From Kiritimatiellales bacterium (lineage in GTDB: Bacteria > Verrucomicrobiota > Kiritimatiellia > Kiritimatiellales > Pontiellaceae), in NCBI GenBank assembly GCA_021734345.1, contig JAIPJC010000001.1:15734-79733 (forward strand): a stretch of DNA of 64,000 bases, read 5' to 3'. The notes below the pieces were generated by a model that was not told the origin of the DNA, did no database searches, and saw nothing but the letters and a program-made list of their open reading frames with translations. The translations under genes were made by a program, and so were the position numbers. Below are positions 10,461 to 20,404 of the stretch, piece after piece. Numbering within the stretch: the stretch's first letter is position 1; the number at the start of each line of letters is the position of its first letter.

Positions 10461-11645
10461 TTACTGCGCCAGCTTGCTCTCGGCCGGACCAAGATATTCC
10501 GCACCTGTTTCGGTGACGGCAAAGTCGTCTTCCATCCGCAGCCCGCCAACATCCGGCAGGTAGATGCCCGGTTCGATGGTGATGACCATTCCGGTTTCCA
10601 ACAACGTCGTGACGCCCGGCTCAATGATCGGGATCGGTTCGTGGTAGCGGAATCCCAATCCGTGCCCAGTTGAGTGGAAGAACCCATCTTCAAATCCGGC
10701 CTCGCGGATCACCGCCCGCGCGGCCGCATCGATGGACTCCGCGGTCACGCCGGGACGGATCGCCTTGACCGCCGCCGCCTGCGCCCGCATGACCGCTTCG
10801 AAAGCGGCGGACTGTTTGGCGGTCGGAGTTCCGGCAACGCAAACCCTTGTCCGGTCGCACCAGAATCCATCCGCGACCACCGCGAGTTCGAGCATCGCCA
10901 AATCCCCCGGAAGCATTTCCCGTTGGGTAGAGATGAGCATCAGCCGGTACCCGTCGATGGTTTCCGTTTCCCCGGTGCTGACCTGGGCAAAGGCTCGCAC
11001 CCGCTTGGCACCCGCGTAGCCGGTGCCTTGGTTCATGATTACCTGTTCAACCATACTGGCAAGGCCTATGCCCGTTTCGCCGGCACGCACGGCTTGGGCG
11101 AACGCCTGCAATCCGATGGCGGAGATTTCGTTGACGACGCGCAGTCGCGCGAGCTCCATCGGGGTTTTGGTGGCACGAAGCCGATATAAAAGCGGTGTGG
11201 CATCGATGAGCGAAGCACCAGCCGCCACGTCCGCGAGCAGCTCCCGAGTGGGCGCGGCGGGAATGGCCGGCTCGGCGGCATTCCACGGCGGGGCCATGGT
11301 TTCAAAGCTGCCTTCGTATCCGATTTTTTTCGGTTTCCACTGAGCCAGTACGTTTTTCATGGACCGACGCACTTGGTCGAAAAAATCTCCGGACGTAATG
11401 CGACCGAACGGAATGGAGACGATCTCCCCTTGCCACAGTTCGGCAGCGGCCTCTTTTTCGTGGATGCTGGGAAGAATGCACATCGGCGTTCCCTGGCGAG
11501 GGAAAAGCAGGAAGGCGCGACCGGTAAGCGGCCAGTACCCGCTCATGAACACAACATTTTCCGGCAAACGACAGATGAGGCAATCGAGGCCTTCCTTTTC
11601 CATGGCGCTTTGGATGCGCGATATTCTTTCGGTATCGGTTTTCAT
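10461..11645 (-). CDS. M24 (Xaa-Pro peptidase/creatinase-fold) family hydrolase
   Basis: Creatinase-type N-domain, CDRTR, HSTGHGLG..HEP, TIEPG, RMEDD metal-ligand motifs. Confidence 0.85.
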   Translation of the reverse strand: MKTDTERISRIQSAMEKEGLDCLICRLPENVVFMSGYWPLTGRAFLLFPRQGTPMCILPSIHEKEAAAELWQGEIVSIPFGRITSGDFFDQVRRSMKNVLAQWKPKKIGYEGSFETMAPPWNAAEPAIPAAPTRELLADVAAGASLIDATPLLYRLRATKTPMELARLRVVNEISAIGLQAFAQAVRAGETGIGLASMVEQVIMNQGTGYAGAKRVRAFAQVSTGETETIDGYRLMLISTQREMLPGDLAMLELAVVADGFWCDRTRVCVAGTPTAKQSAAFEAVMRAQAAAVKAIRPGVTAESIDAAARAVIREAGFEDGFFHSTGHGLGFRYHEPIPIIEPGVTTLLETGMVITIEPGIYLPDVGGLRMEDDFAVTETGAEYLGPAESKLAQ

Positions 11646-12688
11646 TCTACCAGCAATTCCCTTTTTTTCCGTTTTCCATGTTCAATGAGGCGGATCTTTT
11701 TCCCGTCGAATTTCAGATCGGCCACCCCGCGGTAATCAGCCGGAACGGCGGTCAGGAATGCCGTAAACTTTTTGGTTACCGTTTGCTTGGCATCGATCCA
11801 GTCCATCAACTGGCGGTCGAAGATGGATCCCTTCTTGGCCAGCATCGGGAAAGGCTGGAGCCATCCGGTAGTCCCGAACTCGAGTCCGCGCGCCTTCGGT
11901 TTTCCCCTGACCACATGGCGCCACAGGTTGAGCCAAGGGAAATCCTTGGTTTTCCAGATGTAGCCGATGAGGAGTTGCTTGCCGGGATGGCAGGCGGTCG
12001 CCCAGCCATATTCCTGATCGTCGGCCATGATGTAGGAGGTCACCAACGGCCCGGCATGGTTGGTCATGGTGCGCATGTTGATTTGATAGCCCTTGTATTC
12101 ATATTCCGGCCAGCCCACCATTGGCTCTTCCGGAACCGGCAGGCGGGGTTTGAATTCCTGGGTGAAACCCTTTGCTACCTTGGTATCGACCAAAACAGTT
12201 TCATCCAAAAAGGGAGGTCCGAGGCTGACGTGTTCGATCATGTTGTAGGCTCGTCCGACCGGTTTCGGGTTTGTGATTTTTTCTTCCACATGCAGGATGG
12301 TTCCGCGCAGCTTCATGGTACGCGAAAAGCTCAGCTCGGCGAGCGGCAACTCCACGCCCACGGTGGTGGCGACCTCTTTTTTACCAGTGACCGGTTTCTT
12401 GATAATCTTCCAATGGCTGTGGGGTGCTTCGCCATGGAAGGGCATGCCGTTTTTCATTTCCGCCGCCGTGGGTTTGCACCAGCGATCCAACACCAGGAAG
12501 TGGGCCATTTCGCGTGCATCCAACTGATCCGGCGCAGGATTGTTCCAGGCCAACGGGGTCAAGCCGCAAGCCGGGTGTTCGCGGTCTGTAAGGCTGAAGC
12601 CCACCAAACCGCCGCCGCCCAAATCAAAAACCACCTGGGCCTTGTCGCCATCCAGTACCACTTGTTTTCGTTTCTGTGCCATGCGCAT
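11642..12688 (-). CDS. galactose-mutarotase/aldose-1-epimerase-like protein
   Basis: MPFHGEA, EHVSLG, LNLWR..ARGLEFG pattern typical of mutarotase-fold beta-sandwich proteins. Lies in a sugar operon. Confidence 0.6.
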   Translation of the reverse strand: MRMAQKRKQVVLDGDKAQVVFDLGGGGLVGFSLTDREHPACGLTPLAWNNPAPDQLDAREMAHFLVLDRWCKPTAAEMKNGMPFHGEAPHSHWKIIKKPVTGKKEVATTVGVELPLAELSFSRTMKLRGTILHVEEKITNPKPVGRAYNMIEHVSLGPPFLDETVLVDTKVAKGFTQEFKPRLPVPEEPMVGWPEYEYKGYQINMRTMTNHAGPLVTSYIMADDQEYGWATACHPGKQLLIGYIWKTKDFPWLNLWRHVVRGKPKARGLEFGTTGWLQPFPMLAKKGSIFDRQLMDWIDAKQTVTKKFTAFLTAVPADYRGVADLKFDGKKIRLIEHGKRKKRELLVE

Positions 12689-12710
12689 TGCTCCTGGTTC
12701 GACTGCGTTC

Positions 12711-13907
12711 CTAGATCGCCAAGGTGTAGACGGCTTTTACTCCGCTCCGGTCGAGCGCTGGCCGACCCGCCAACACCCCGTCGGCGGTGAATGCGGTGCG
12801 GGCCACTTCCTCTGTCATGAAATCAATTTCATCGGCCTCGATTTTGACATCCGAAAGGCGGGTGGGCAGTTCGAGGCTTTTCAAGAACGCTTCAAACCGA
12901 TCGATGGCTTCCCGGGCCACTTCTTCCTTGTCGCGCCCGGCGGTTGGGATGGCGAAAATGCGCTCGGCGAATTGCACATAGCGGTCGAGATGATAGCGGT
13001 AGCCATGCTTCATCCACGCCGGCATCATGATTGTGAGGGTTGCGCCGTGGGTAATGTTGTGTTGGGCCGACAGAATATGTCCCAGATGATGCATGGGGGT
13101 GAGCGGGGAAACGCCGCACTGCATCCATCCATTCCAAGCCACCGTGGCGGCCCATTGGATGCTCATGCGCAGGGATTCGTTGCCGGGATCGCGCAGGATT
13201 TTCTGCACCAGTTCCATAATGGTTAGGATGATTCCTTCGTGCAGCCGATCTTGCAACGGCGTGTCGTCGGTGCCGTTGAAGTAGGATTCCATGACATGCG
13301 AAATGGCATCCGCCGCACCGCAAGTCGTTTGGAATTTCGGCAGTCCACAGGTGAGCCGCGGATCGATGATCGAAACGTTCGGATAGAGGATTTCGTGGTA
13401 AATGTAGGATTTCTCGGCCGTCTCGTCGTTGGTCGCAACCGCGATGCAGTTCATTTCGCTACTGGTGGCGGGCAAGGTTGGAATCATCAAGGTTGGCAAG
13501 GATTGTTCCGGGGGAATGGCCACCGCGACGTCGTGGCGGCTATTGAACATCTTCCACAGATCGTGCGGATACAGCACGCCGGCGGCGATGGCCTTGGAGG
13601 CGTCCATCACGCTCCCGCCCCCAACCGCAATCACCAGATCGAGCTTATGTTTTTTGCACAGATCCACCCCTTGGCGAATCTGGCTGAGCATCGGATTGGC
13701 GGTGATGGCATACAGCGTTTCCACCGCCACCCCTTCGTTGCGCAATTGCGTCTGGATGTTTTCGAGCAACGTGTTGAAAAAACTATGTTCCTGATAGGAA
13801 ACGAGCAACGCACGCTTCCCCAGCTTGGCCGCTTCTTTGCCGACCCGCGCGGACTCTCCCAAGCCACAGATCACCCGTACCGGATTGTAATATTCAAACT
13901 TGTCCAT
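12711..13907 (-). CDS. iron-containing alcohol dehydrogenase (BdhA/YqhD-like)
   Basis: VGGGSVMDASK, PTLPATSSE, DAISHVMESY, MHHLGH..HGATL. Confidence 0.92.
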   Translation of the reverse strand: MDKFEYYNPVRVICGLGESARVGKEAAKLGKRALLVSYQEHSFFNTLLENIQTQLRNEGVAVETLYAITANPMLSQIRQGVDLCKKHKLDLVIAVGGGSVMDASKAIAAGVLYPHDLWKMFNSRHDVAVAIPPEQSLPTLMIPTLPATSSEMNCIAVATNDETAEKSYIYHEILYPNVSIIDPRLTCGLPKFQTTCGAADAISHVMESYFNGTDDTPLQDRLHEGIILTIMELVQKILRDPGNESLRMSIQWAATVAWNGWMQCGVSPLTPMHHLGHILSAQHNITHGATLTIMMPAWMKHGYRYHLDRYVQFAERIFAIPTAGRDKEEVAREAIDRFEAFLKSLELPTRLSDVKIEADEIDFMTEEVARTAFTADGVLAGRPALDRSGVKAVYTLAI

Positions 13908-13997
13908 TTATCTCCTTATGATCATCGACTTCTTCCTGTGCAGCCCGCCGCACACGCTTTTCAAATGAGTGAACAAAATTAAAGCGGGAATCAAACG

Positions 13998-14033
13998 GGA
14001 AGGATATACGCGCCGTGATATTTATATATGTAT
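13998..14033 (-). promoter_or_regulatory. 36-bp regulon motif copy A (upstream of the ADH-to-SDR catabolic operon)
   Basis: Minus-strand ATACATATATAAATATCACGGCGCGTATATCCTTCC aligns ungapped with four other copies. Confidence 0.8.
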
Positions 14034-14044
14034 GATTTGGCTCA

Positions 14045-15070
14045 TCAAAGCGTGTTGCCAATAGAGACAACGACAATACCGCAAACCAAAACGAGCAACC
14101 CGCCGTACGACCACCGTCTGGCCTCGGCACCGGCATTTTTCCATTCCCCCGTCATGTATCCCGCAACGTTGCCGATGAGGATGGAGCCGGATTGAAAAAT
14201 GGCAAAGCCGACCGACGTGCCCAAAACGCCCAGCTTCCATCCGCCCAGTCCATAGAAGAACAGGCAGCCGAAGTGCGCGAGGGCCATGACCAAGGCAAAC
14301 ACGAAGTTGCGCAGAGCGGCCTTCACGGCGAAACCCTTCCATGTTTTATTTTTAAACAGCAGGAACGCCGTGTAGCTGATACTCGAAACACCGCCGCCGA
14401 TAAACACCAGCACCCATACCGAAATGCCGCTCAAGAAAACCGGATTGCCGTATTGCTCCACGCAGATGGTGTTGATGTTTCCAAGGGTGCCGCCGATGTG
14501 AAAGGCGAGATTGATGCACGAGGAAAAGAGGCCGGCCAGCAAACAGATGATGACCCCGGTCACCATGGTTTTCTTCTCCATCGTTTTTTCCTTGCCGGTG
14601 TTTTCATGCTTCTCGCGTTTGACCCCGGCCACGCCATTGATGGCGACACCCGCGATGCAGATGAGAATGCCGAGGATGATCGTCTTGCCGCCGGGGGTGT
14701 TGATTTTTTCCAGGTTGCCTAAAAAGAACGGCAGCATGGAACCGACCAGCGCCATGGTTCCCATGGTGATGGCATACCCCAGCGAAAAGCCGATGCGCGT
14801 AAGGCCGACCCCCCACATGCAGAAGCCGATCCCCCACATCGACCCAAAACCGATGACGGCAATCAAAATACCCGTCGGTACCTGACGATAGGTTTCAATC
14901 AGCCCGTTCAAAGCACAGAATCCGAACAGGAGCGGAACCACCCACATGGCCAATAGAAAAAACAAACCCCATGTGTTTTCCCACGCGTAGTCCTTAACAA
15001 AGCGGGCGGGAAAGGCGAAGGTGCCGAGGAAAAACGAAGCCAATAAAACCCAAGCTAATCCGATCATCAT
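14045..15070 (-). CDS. RhaT-family (L-rhamnose/H+ symporter-like) sugar transporter
   Basis: WENTW motif, G..WGIG, ~10 TM helices, C-terminal GEWK signature. Confidence 0.85.
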   Translation of the reverse strand: MMIGLAWVLLASFFLGTFAFPARFVKDYAWENTWGLFFLLAMWVVPLLFGFCALNGLIETYRQVPTGILIAVIGFGSMWGIGFCMWGVGLTRIGFSLGYAITMGTMALVGSMLPFFLGNLEKINTPGGKTIILGILICIAGVAINGVAGVKREKHENTGKEKTMEKKTMVTGVIICLLAGLFSSCINLAFHIGGTLGNINTICVEQYGNPVFLSGISVWVLVFIGGGVSSISYTAFLLFKNKTWKGFAVKAALRNFVFALVMALAHFGCLFFYGLGGWKLGVLGTSVGFAIFQSGSILIGNVAGYMTGEWKNAGAEARRWSYGGLLVLVCGIVVVSIGNTL

Positions 15071-15144
15071 AACGCTTACTCCTTTGTGGTTTGTTGCGAC
15101 ATTTCCCGCTTGGCATCAGCGGGATTGCATTCGTCTCATTAACT

Positions 15145-16545
15145 TCAATTATTGATCACCGTCATTTTGGTTTGAATCATGTCCCGCATGGTATAGCCGA
15201 TGCCGCCGACGCCATAGCCGGAGGCCCGCCGTCCACCAAAAGGCATCCAGTCCGACCGGAATGCGGTGTGGTCGTTGACCATCACCGCGGAAGCGTCGAG
15301 CCGTTTAACCGTATCGAGAGCAACTTTCAGATTTTCCGTATAGACGGCCGCCTGGAAGGCGAACTCCAAGCTATTGGCCCGCTGGATGGCCTCATGCCGG
15401 TTAGCATAGGGATACACACAGACCACTGGACCGAAGACTTCCATCGTCGAGACTTTCGCTTCGGCATCGGGATTAAACAGCACGGTCGGTTGGTACATGG
15501 TATCGCCAATCGGCTGCCCGCCGGTGAGCAACTCGGCACCGCTTGCAACTGCTTCTTCAACCCAGCGGTGAACCCGCTCGACTTCGCGCGGCAAAATCAA
15601 TGGACCGACCTCGGTATCTGCGTCCGTCGCTGCGCCGACCTTGAGTTGCGCGGCACCCGTCGCCAGCCGTTCGGCCAGCCTGCGGGCAATCGACTCGGCA
15701 ACAAATATGCGTTGCACCGAAACGCAGACCTGTCCGGCATGGTAGAACCCGCCTTTAAGCAACGACGGCACCACGCGATTCAGATCGGCGGTTTCGTCCA
15801 CAATCACCGGCGCCACGCCACCATGCTCGAGGGCGCACCGCACTCCCGGCGCCAGTTTGCTGCGCAACGACCAGCCGACTTGGGCGGAGCCAATAAAACT
15901 CATGAATGCCAAGCGGTGATCGGTGGCGAGTTTATCGGCCACGTTGTGCCCGCAAATGATCGGCTGGCACCATCCGTCAGGAAGGCCGGCCTCGGCGAGT
16001 AGTTCGCACAACCGCAGGCAATTCAAGGGCGTGGTTTTGGCCGGTTTAACGATGACCGGACATCCGACCGCAATGGCCGGAACCACCTGATGCACGATCA
16101 GGTTCAGCGGATGGTTGAAGGCGCTGATCGCCAACACCACCCCGATCGGTTCGCAACTGGTAAAAGCGATCCGGCCACGCGTGGCCTTGGTATGCCCCAT
16201 GGGGATTTCTTCGCCGCGCATGACGCGCAGAAGTTCCTTTTCGGCCAACGCAATGCCATCAATCGCACGTGTGACTTCGATCCGGGCATCGGCCAACGGC
16301 TTGCCGCCCTCTTGGGCGATCAACATGGCAAAATCCTCGGCTTCGGCCGCAACCAGCCCGGCGAGTTTTTTTAGAATGGAACTCCGTTGATCATGCTCCA
16401 GCCAGCCGTCCCGATCGCGATAAAGCCGGATCGCCGTCTCCAGCATGTGCTCGGCATCCGCCGCACTGTGCAGCGGCACGGTTTTGATCAAGCTTCCGTC
16501 AAATGGAGATGTTACATCCAGCGTCTCTTTGGGTTTCGTTGTTAT
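15145..16545 (-). CDS. NAD(P)-dependent aldehyde dehydrogenase
   Basis: AFNHPLN, KPA, FIGS, LEHGG, GQVCVS (catalytic Cys), EVFGP, PFGG. Start uncertain (see findings). Confidence 0.9.
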   Translation of the reverse strand: MTTKPKETLDVTSPFDGSLIKTVPLHSAADAEHMLETAIRLYRDRDGWLEHDQRSSILKKLAGLVAAEAEDFAMLIAQEGGKPLADARIEVTRAIDGIALAEKELLRVMRGEEIPMGHTKATRGRIAFTSCEPIGVVLAISAFNHPLNLIVHQVVPAIAVGCPVIVKPAKTTPLNCLRLCELLAEAGLPDGWCQPIICGHNVADKLATDHRLAFMSFIGSAQVGWSLRSKLAPGVRCALEHGGVAPVIVDETADLNRVVPSLLKGGFYHAGQVCVSVQRIFVAESIARRLAERLATGAAQLKVGAATDADTEVGPLILPREVERVHRWVEEAVASGAELLTGGQPIGDTMYQPTVLFNPDAEAKVSTMEVFGPVVCVYPYANRHEAIQRANSLEFAFQAAVYTENLKVALDTVKRLDASAVMVNDHTAFRSDWMPFGGRRASGYGVGGIGYTMRDMIQTKMTVINN

Positions 16546-16641
16546 AATAGCCCCCCTCGTTTTGTTTGGTCCTCGAACCACATGCACCCCATGTGCAAAT
16601 GCTTTCCCATGGAAGAGCAAAATTAAAGCGGGGATCAAACG

Positions 16642-16677
16642 GGATGAATATACGCAGGGTGACATTTTTATATGTCT
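16642..16677 (-). promoter_or_regulatory. 36-bp regulon motif copy B (upstream of ALDH-RhaT)
   Basis: Minus-strand AGACATATAAAAATGTCACCCTGCGTATATTCATCC. The following CGTTTGAT.CCCGCTTTAATTTTG is also shared with copy A. Confidence 0.8.
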
Positions 16678-16702
16678 AATTTGACGCGGGCGCGATGCGG
16701 AA

Positions 16703-17614
16703 TCAGTCTGCCTGTTTCGGATCGAGCGAGGTACCGGATTGACCCATGAACTGCTGGCGCAAACAGGTCGGGGAAGTTCCGGTTTTCCGTTTAACGAGGG
16801 CGGAAAAGTGGTTCTGGTTTTTGAATCCCAGCTCTTCGGAAATTTTTCGGATCGAGAGATCGGTGTTTTTCAGCAACTCAACGGCTTTTTCGATGCGGCG
16901 GTTGAGGTGGTAGTCCGCAGGTGCCTGGCCGGTCTGTTCCTTGAATGTTTTCCGGAACCATGAATAACTGACGTATAAATTTTCGGCCAGCTTCTGGACA
17001 TCGATCGCGGTATATAGATTGTTGTCGATGATGTTCTTCGCCTGGTTCACCACGCCGATGATGTAGTCCCGATTGGGACTGTGCCCCGTACTGCACAGCC
17101 GCTGGCTCAGCTCCTGGGCACCGTTCTTCAGCACCTCGGAAATGCGATTGAAGTTGCGTAGCGGCAGTTGCGAGGAAGGTCCGGTGGTCCAGATTGAGGC
17201 AACAACCTCCCGTGCTTCGTTAAAGACGGGAACCCCGACACAGTGGCACCCTTCGATGTGTTCGGCGACGTCGATCGCGAATCCCTTGGCCATCCCGTGT
17301 TCCAGCTCGGCCTTGAAGTCCTCCACCCCGGTGATGGTGCTGGGCGTGAATGGCTTGAAATCGAGTTTGGCGAGAATCGCATCGCGTTCCGCCGGCGGCA
17401 GGTAGGCCAGCAAAACCTTCCCCGGAGCCGAGGCATGGAGCGGAAACCGGTAGCCCGCATCGATATGGAAGGAAAACCCGGCCAACCCATCGGATGCGGC
17501 GAGCACCACGCCCGTCATCCGATCCTCCGCCAGCGAACCCAAGCCCGTGGTTTCCCCCAGCTTTTCGTTAAGGGAACGCAGGATATCCATCGCTTTAAGG
17601 ACTATTTCTTTCAT
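16703..17614 (-). CDS. transcriptional regulator: IclR-type effector-binding domain fused to a C-terminal AraC-type HTH
   Basis: N-part LGETT..G.RFPLHASAPGKVLLAY..FTPSTI..GCHCVGVPV is the IclR-ED pattern. C-part LAENLYVSYSWFRKTFK..IEKAVELL..ISEELGF....FS...KR.TG.SP is an AraC HTH. Confidence 0.85.
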   Translation of the reverse strand: MKEIVLKAMDILRSLNEKLGETTGLGSLAEDRMTGVVLAASDGLAGFSFHIDAGYRFPLHASAPGKVLLAYLPPAERDAILAKLDFKPFTPSTITGVEDFKAELEHGMAKGFAIDVAEHIEGCHCVGVPVFNEAREVVASIWTTGPSSQLPLRNFNRISEVLKNGAQELSQRLCSTGHSPNRDYIIGVVNQAKNIIDNNLYTAIDVQKLAENLYVSYSWFRKTFKEQTGQAPADYHLNRRIEKAVELLKNTDLSIRKISEELGFKNQNHFSALVKRKTGTSPTCLRQQFMGQSGTSLDPKQAD

Positions 17615-17713
17615 AACCGCCGATATGCTTCGGGTAGTGTGTTGAACCGCAATCCGATTGTGCGTGGACGATAAAGATCCGAATCAAGAAACGCAAGGCC
17701 AACATGTCAATTT

Positions 17714-17749
17714 ATACATATAAATATATCACCCTATATATATCCTTCC
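17714..17749 (+). promoter_or_regulatory. 36-bp regulon motif copy C (divergent region between regulator and PEP-CTERM gene)
   Basis: ATACATATAAATATATCACCCTATATATATCCTTCC. Confidence 0.8.
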
Positions 17750-17852
17750 GCGTTTCATTGGCATAAGCATCTAAACCATCATAAGTAAAAAGCGTTTGTG
17801 CAACGGGGTGCATGGAGGACTTGGTGGAACAAGAAAAAGGAGAAATAAAAAC

Positions 17853-19274
17853 ATGAAAAAAAATGTATGGGGAATCATCGTGTTGGCAATGGGTTCGTGC
17901 CTTGCGGCGCAGGCGGCGGACGGCACCTGGAACCAAGCGGGCTTGGGGAACACCTACTTATGGGCCGAGTCGACAAACTGGAACAGCGGCAGCGTTGCAG
18001 GCGGCATGGATGCGTTCGCGCACTTCGACGCGGTGGATGCGGTGGGGTCGCAATTCATTGATTTGGGAGGCGGCAGCCATACGGTCGGCCACATGAAATT
18101 CACCGACCCCTCCCCGAGTTCCGGCTTTTGGGGGTTCAAGAACGGCACGTTGAACCTGGCCACGTCGTCCGGGCTTCCCGTGATCGAGGTCAGCGATGCG
18201 CTCCGGGATGTGGGCATAGAATCGGATGTCACGCTTGCAGGGAATTTCCAGAAGACCGGCGCCGGCCAGCTGTTCCTGAAAAACCTGGCCGCGAGTTCGG
18301 TGGATATCGCAGGCGGCGAAGTGGTGTACCAGTCCAACGCAAATGGCTTGCTGTTCACGACGCAATCGATCAGCGGCGCGGGCGACCTCAGGTTCATGGG
18401 CCAGGCCGCCGGCTATTTCAGCTTCCGGCCCACCTATGCCGGAACGCACAGCCTCACCGGAAAAACCATTGTCAACCTGGCGACGGGCAGCGCCAACTGG
18501 TACCAGGGTGCGTTGTTTCTCGAGAAGGACAACGTCCTTTCACATGCCTCTGTGCTGGAGATCCAATCCGGCAAGGTCTACATGCGCGCCCAGACCACAA
18601 CCGGCTTGACGGTCGCCGGACTGAAGGGAAACGCCGGCACCTACGTCACGACCGACCAGAGCGGGATCCAGAAGTTGACGGTGGATGTCGCGACCAACCA
18701 AAGCCATACCTATTACGGGGTGATCGGAGCCGATGGCACCACGGCCGGCAAGAACAACGTTTCGTTCACCAAGACCGGCGACGGCACGCAGGTATTGAGC
18801 GGCGCAAACACCTATACGGGCGGCACGACCGTTTCAGGCGGAACCTTGCTGGTCAACGGCGACAACTCCGGCGCGACGGGCGCGATCACGGTGTCCCTTG
18901 CCGCCGCGTTTGGCGGAAACGGAACCGTTGGCGGGGACTTGCATTTCGACAACGGCGCCTTGTTCGCCTTCGATACCAACTCGACGCTGACGGTGAACGG
19001 CAACGTTACGTTCGCCGGCTTCGACATGGCTGATGTATCAGGACTGGATGCGTCGGTGGCCGACGGCAGCTATACGCTGATTTCGGGCAACGTGGACTTC
19101 GCCAACATCTCGAACGTCGGTCTGGCGAACGCCTATGATCTTGGTGGCGGCAAGAGTGCCTATTTCGAGGCGGGCAGCCTCAATCTGGTCGTCATTCCGG
19201 AACCGGCCACGCTGGGCTTGGTGATCGCATTGGGAAGCGGTCTTGTGTGGGTGCGCCGCGTCTTCATGGTTTAG
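17853..19274 (+). CDS. secreted PEP-CTERM protein with autotransporter-associated beta-strand repeats
   Basis: RBS AGGAG, signal peptide, KTGDGTQVLSGANTYTGGTTVSGGTL repeat, C-terminal IPEPATLGL+TM+RR. Confidence 0.9.
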   Translation: MKKNVWGIIVLAMGSCLAAQAADGTWNQAGLGNTYLWAESTNWNSGSVAGGMDAFAHFDAVDAVGSQFIDLGGGSHTVGHMKFTDPSPSSGFWGFKNGTLNLATSSGLPVIEVSDALRDVGIESDVTLAGNFQKTGAGQLFLKNLAASSVDIAGGEVVYQSNANGLLFTTQSISGAGDLRFMGQAAGYFSFRPTYAGTHSLTGKTIVNLATGSANWYQGALFLEKDNVLSHASVLEIQSGKVYMRAQTTTGLTVAGLKGNAGTYVTTDQSGIQKLTVDVATNQSHTYYGVIGADGTTAGKNNVSFTKTGDGTQVLSGANTYTGGTTVSGGTLLVNGDNSGATGAITVSLAAAFGGNGTVGGDLHFDNGALFAFDTNSTLTVNGNVTFAGFDMADVSGLDASVADGSYTLISGNVDFANISNVGLANAYDLGGGKSAYFEAGSLNLVVIPEPATLGLVIALGSGLVWVRRVFMV

Positions 19275-20404
19275 TTCGGTTCGGCAATCAACGAACCATC
19301 CTCGGCGATTGCGCACAAGCAGACGCGAAGGATGGGGTGGCAAATGGAGGAAAGTAAAATGAAGGCAAAACAAAGGGGAAATACAATGAATGCAAGACAA
19401 GGTCCGGGATCGTTCGCGCAGAAGGTGTCCATGTTCTTCCGCATAACGCCGTTCGCAGTGGCGGGTCTGTGTTCCGTGGCTTGCGCCACGGACGGCACCT
19501 GGAACCAGGCGGGTGGTGGCGGCACCTATTTCTGGGCCGATTCGACGAACTGGGTCGGCGGCATCGTCGCGGACGGAACCAATGCGTTCGCGCACTTCGA
19601 CGCGGTGGATGCGGTGTCGTGGCAGTTCATTGATTTGGGAGGCGGCAGCCATACGGTCGGCCACATGAAATTCACCGACCCCACCCCGAGCGGCGGCTTT
19701 TGGGGTCTCAAAAACGGCACGTTGAACCTGGCCACCTCATCCGGGCTTCCCATGATCGAGGTCAGCGATGCGATCCGGGATGTGGGCATAGAAACGAGCG
19801 TCACGCTTGCGGGGGATTTCCAGAAGACCGGTGCCGGCCAGCTGTTCCTGAAGAACCTTGCGCCGGTTTCGGTGGATATCGCGGCAGGCGAGGTGGTGTA
19901 CCAGTCCAACGCAAATGGCTTGCTGTTCACGACGCAATCGATCAGCGGCGCGGGCGACCTCAGGTTCATGGGCCAGGCCGCCGGCTATTTCAGCTTCCGG
20001 CCCACCTATGCCGGAACGCTCAGCCTCACCGGAAAAACCATTGTCAACCTGACGCCGGGCAGCGCCAACTGGTACCAGGGCGCGTTGTTCCTCGAGAAGA
20101 ACGATGTCCTTTCGCATGCCTCGGTGTTGGAAATCCAGTCCGGCAAGGTCTACATGCGCGCCCAGACCACAACCGGCTTGACGGTCGCCGGACTGAAGGG
20201 AAACGCCGGCACCTACGTCACGACCGACCAGAGCGGGATCCAGAAGTTGACGGTGGATGTCGCGACCAACCAGAGCCATACCTATTACGGGGTGATCGGG
20301 GCTGATGGCACCACGGCCGGCAAGAACAACGTTTCGTTCACCAAGACCGGCGCCGGCACGCAGGTATTGAGCGGCACGAACACCTATGCCGGCGGCACGA
20401 CCGT
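17918..20404 (+). repeat. ~915-bp direct duplication (17918-18832 and 19490-20404, offset 1572) encoding the shared passenger domain
   Basis: Long near-identical DNA stretches between the two adjacent genes. Confidence 0.9.
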
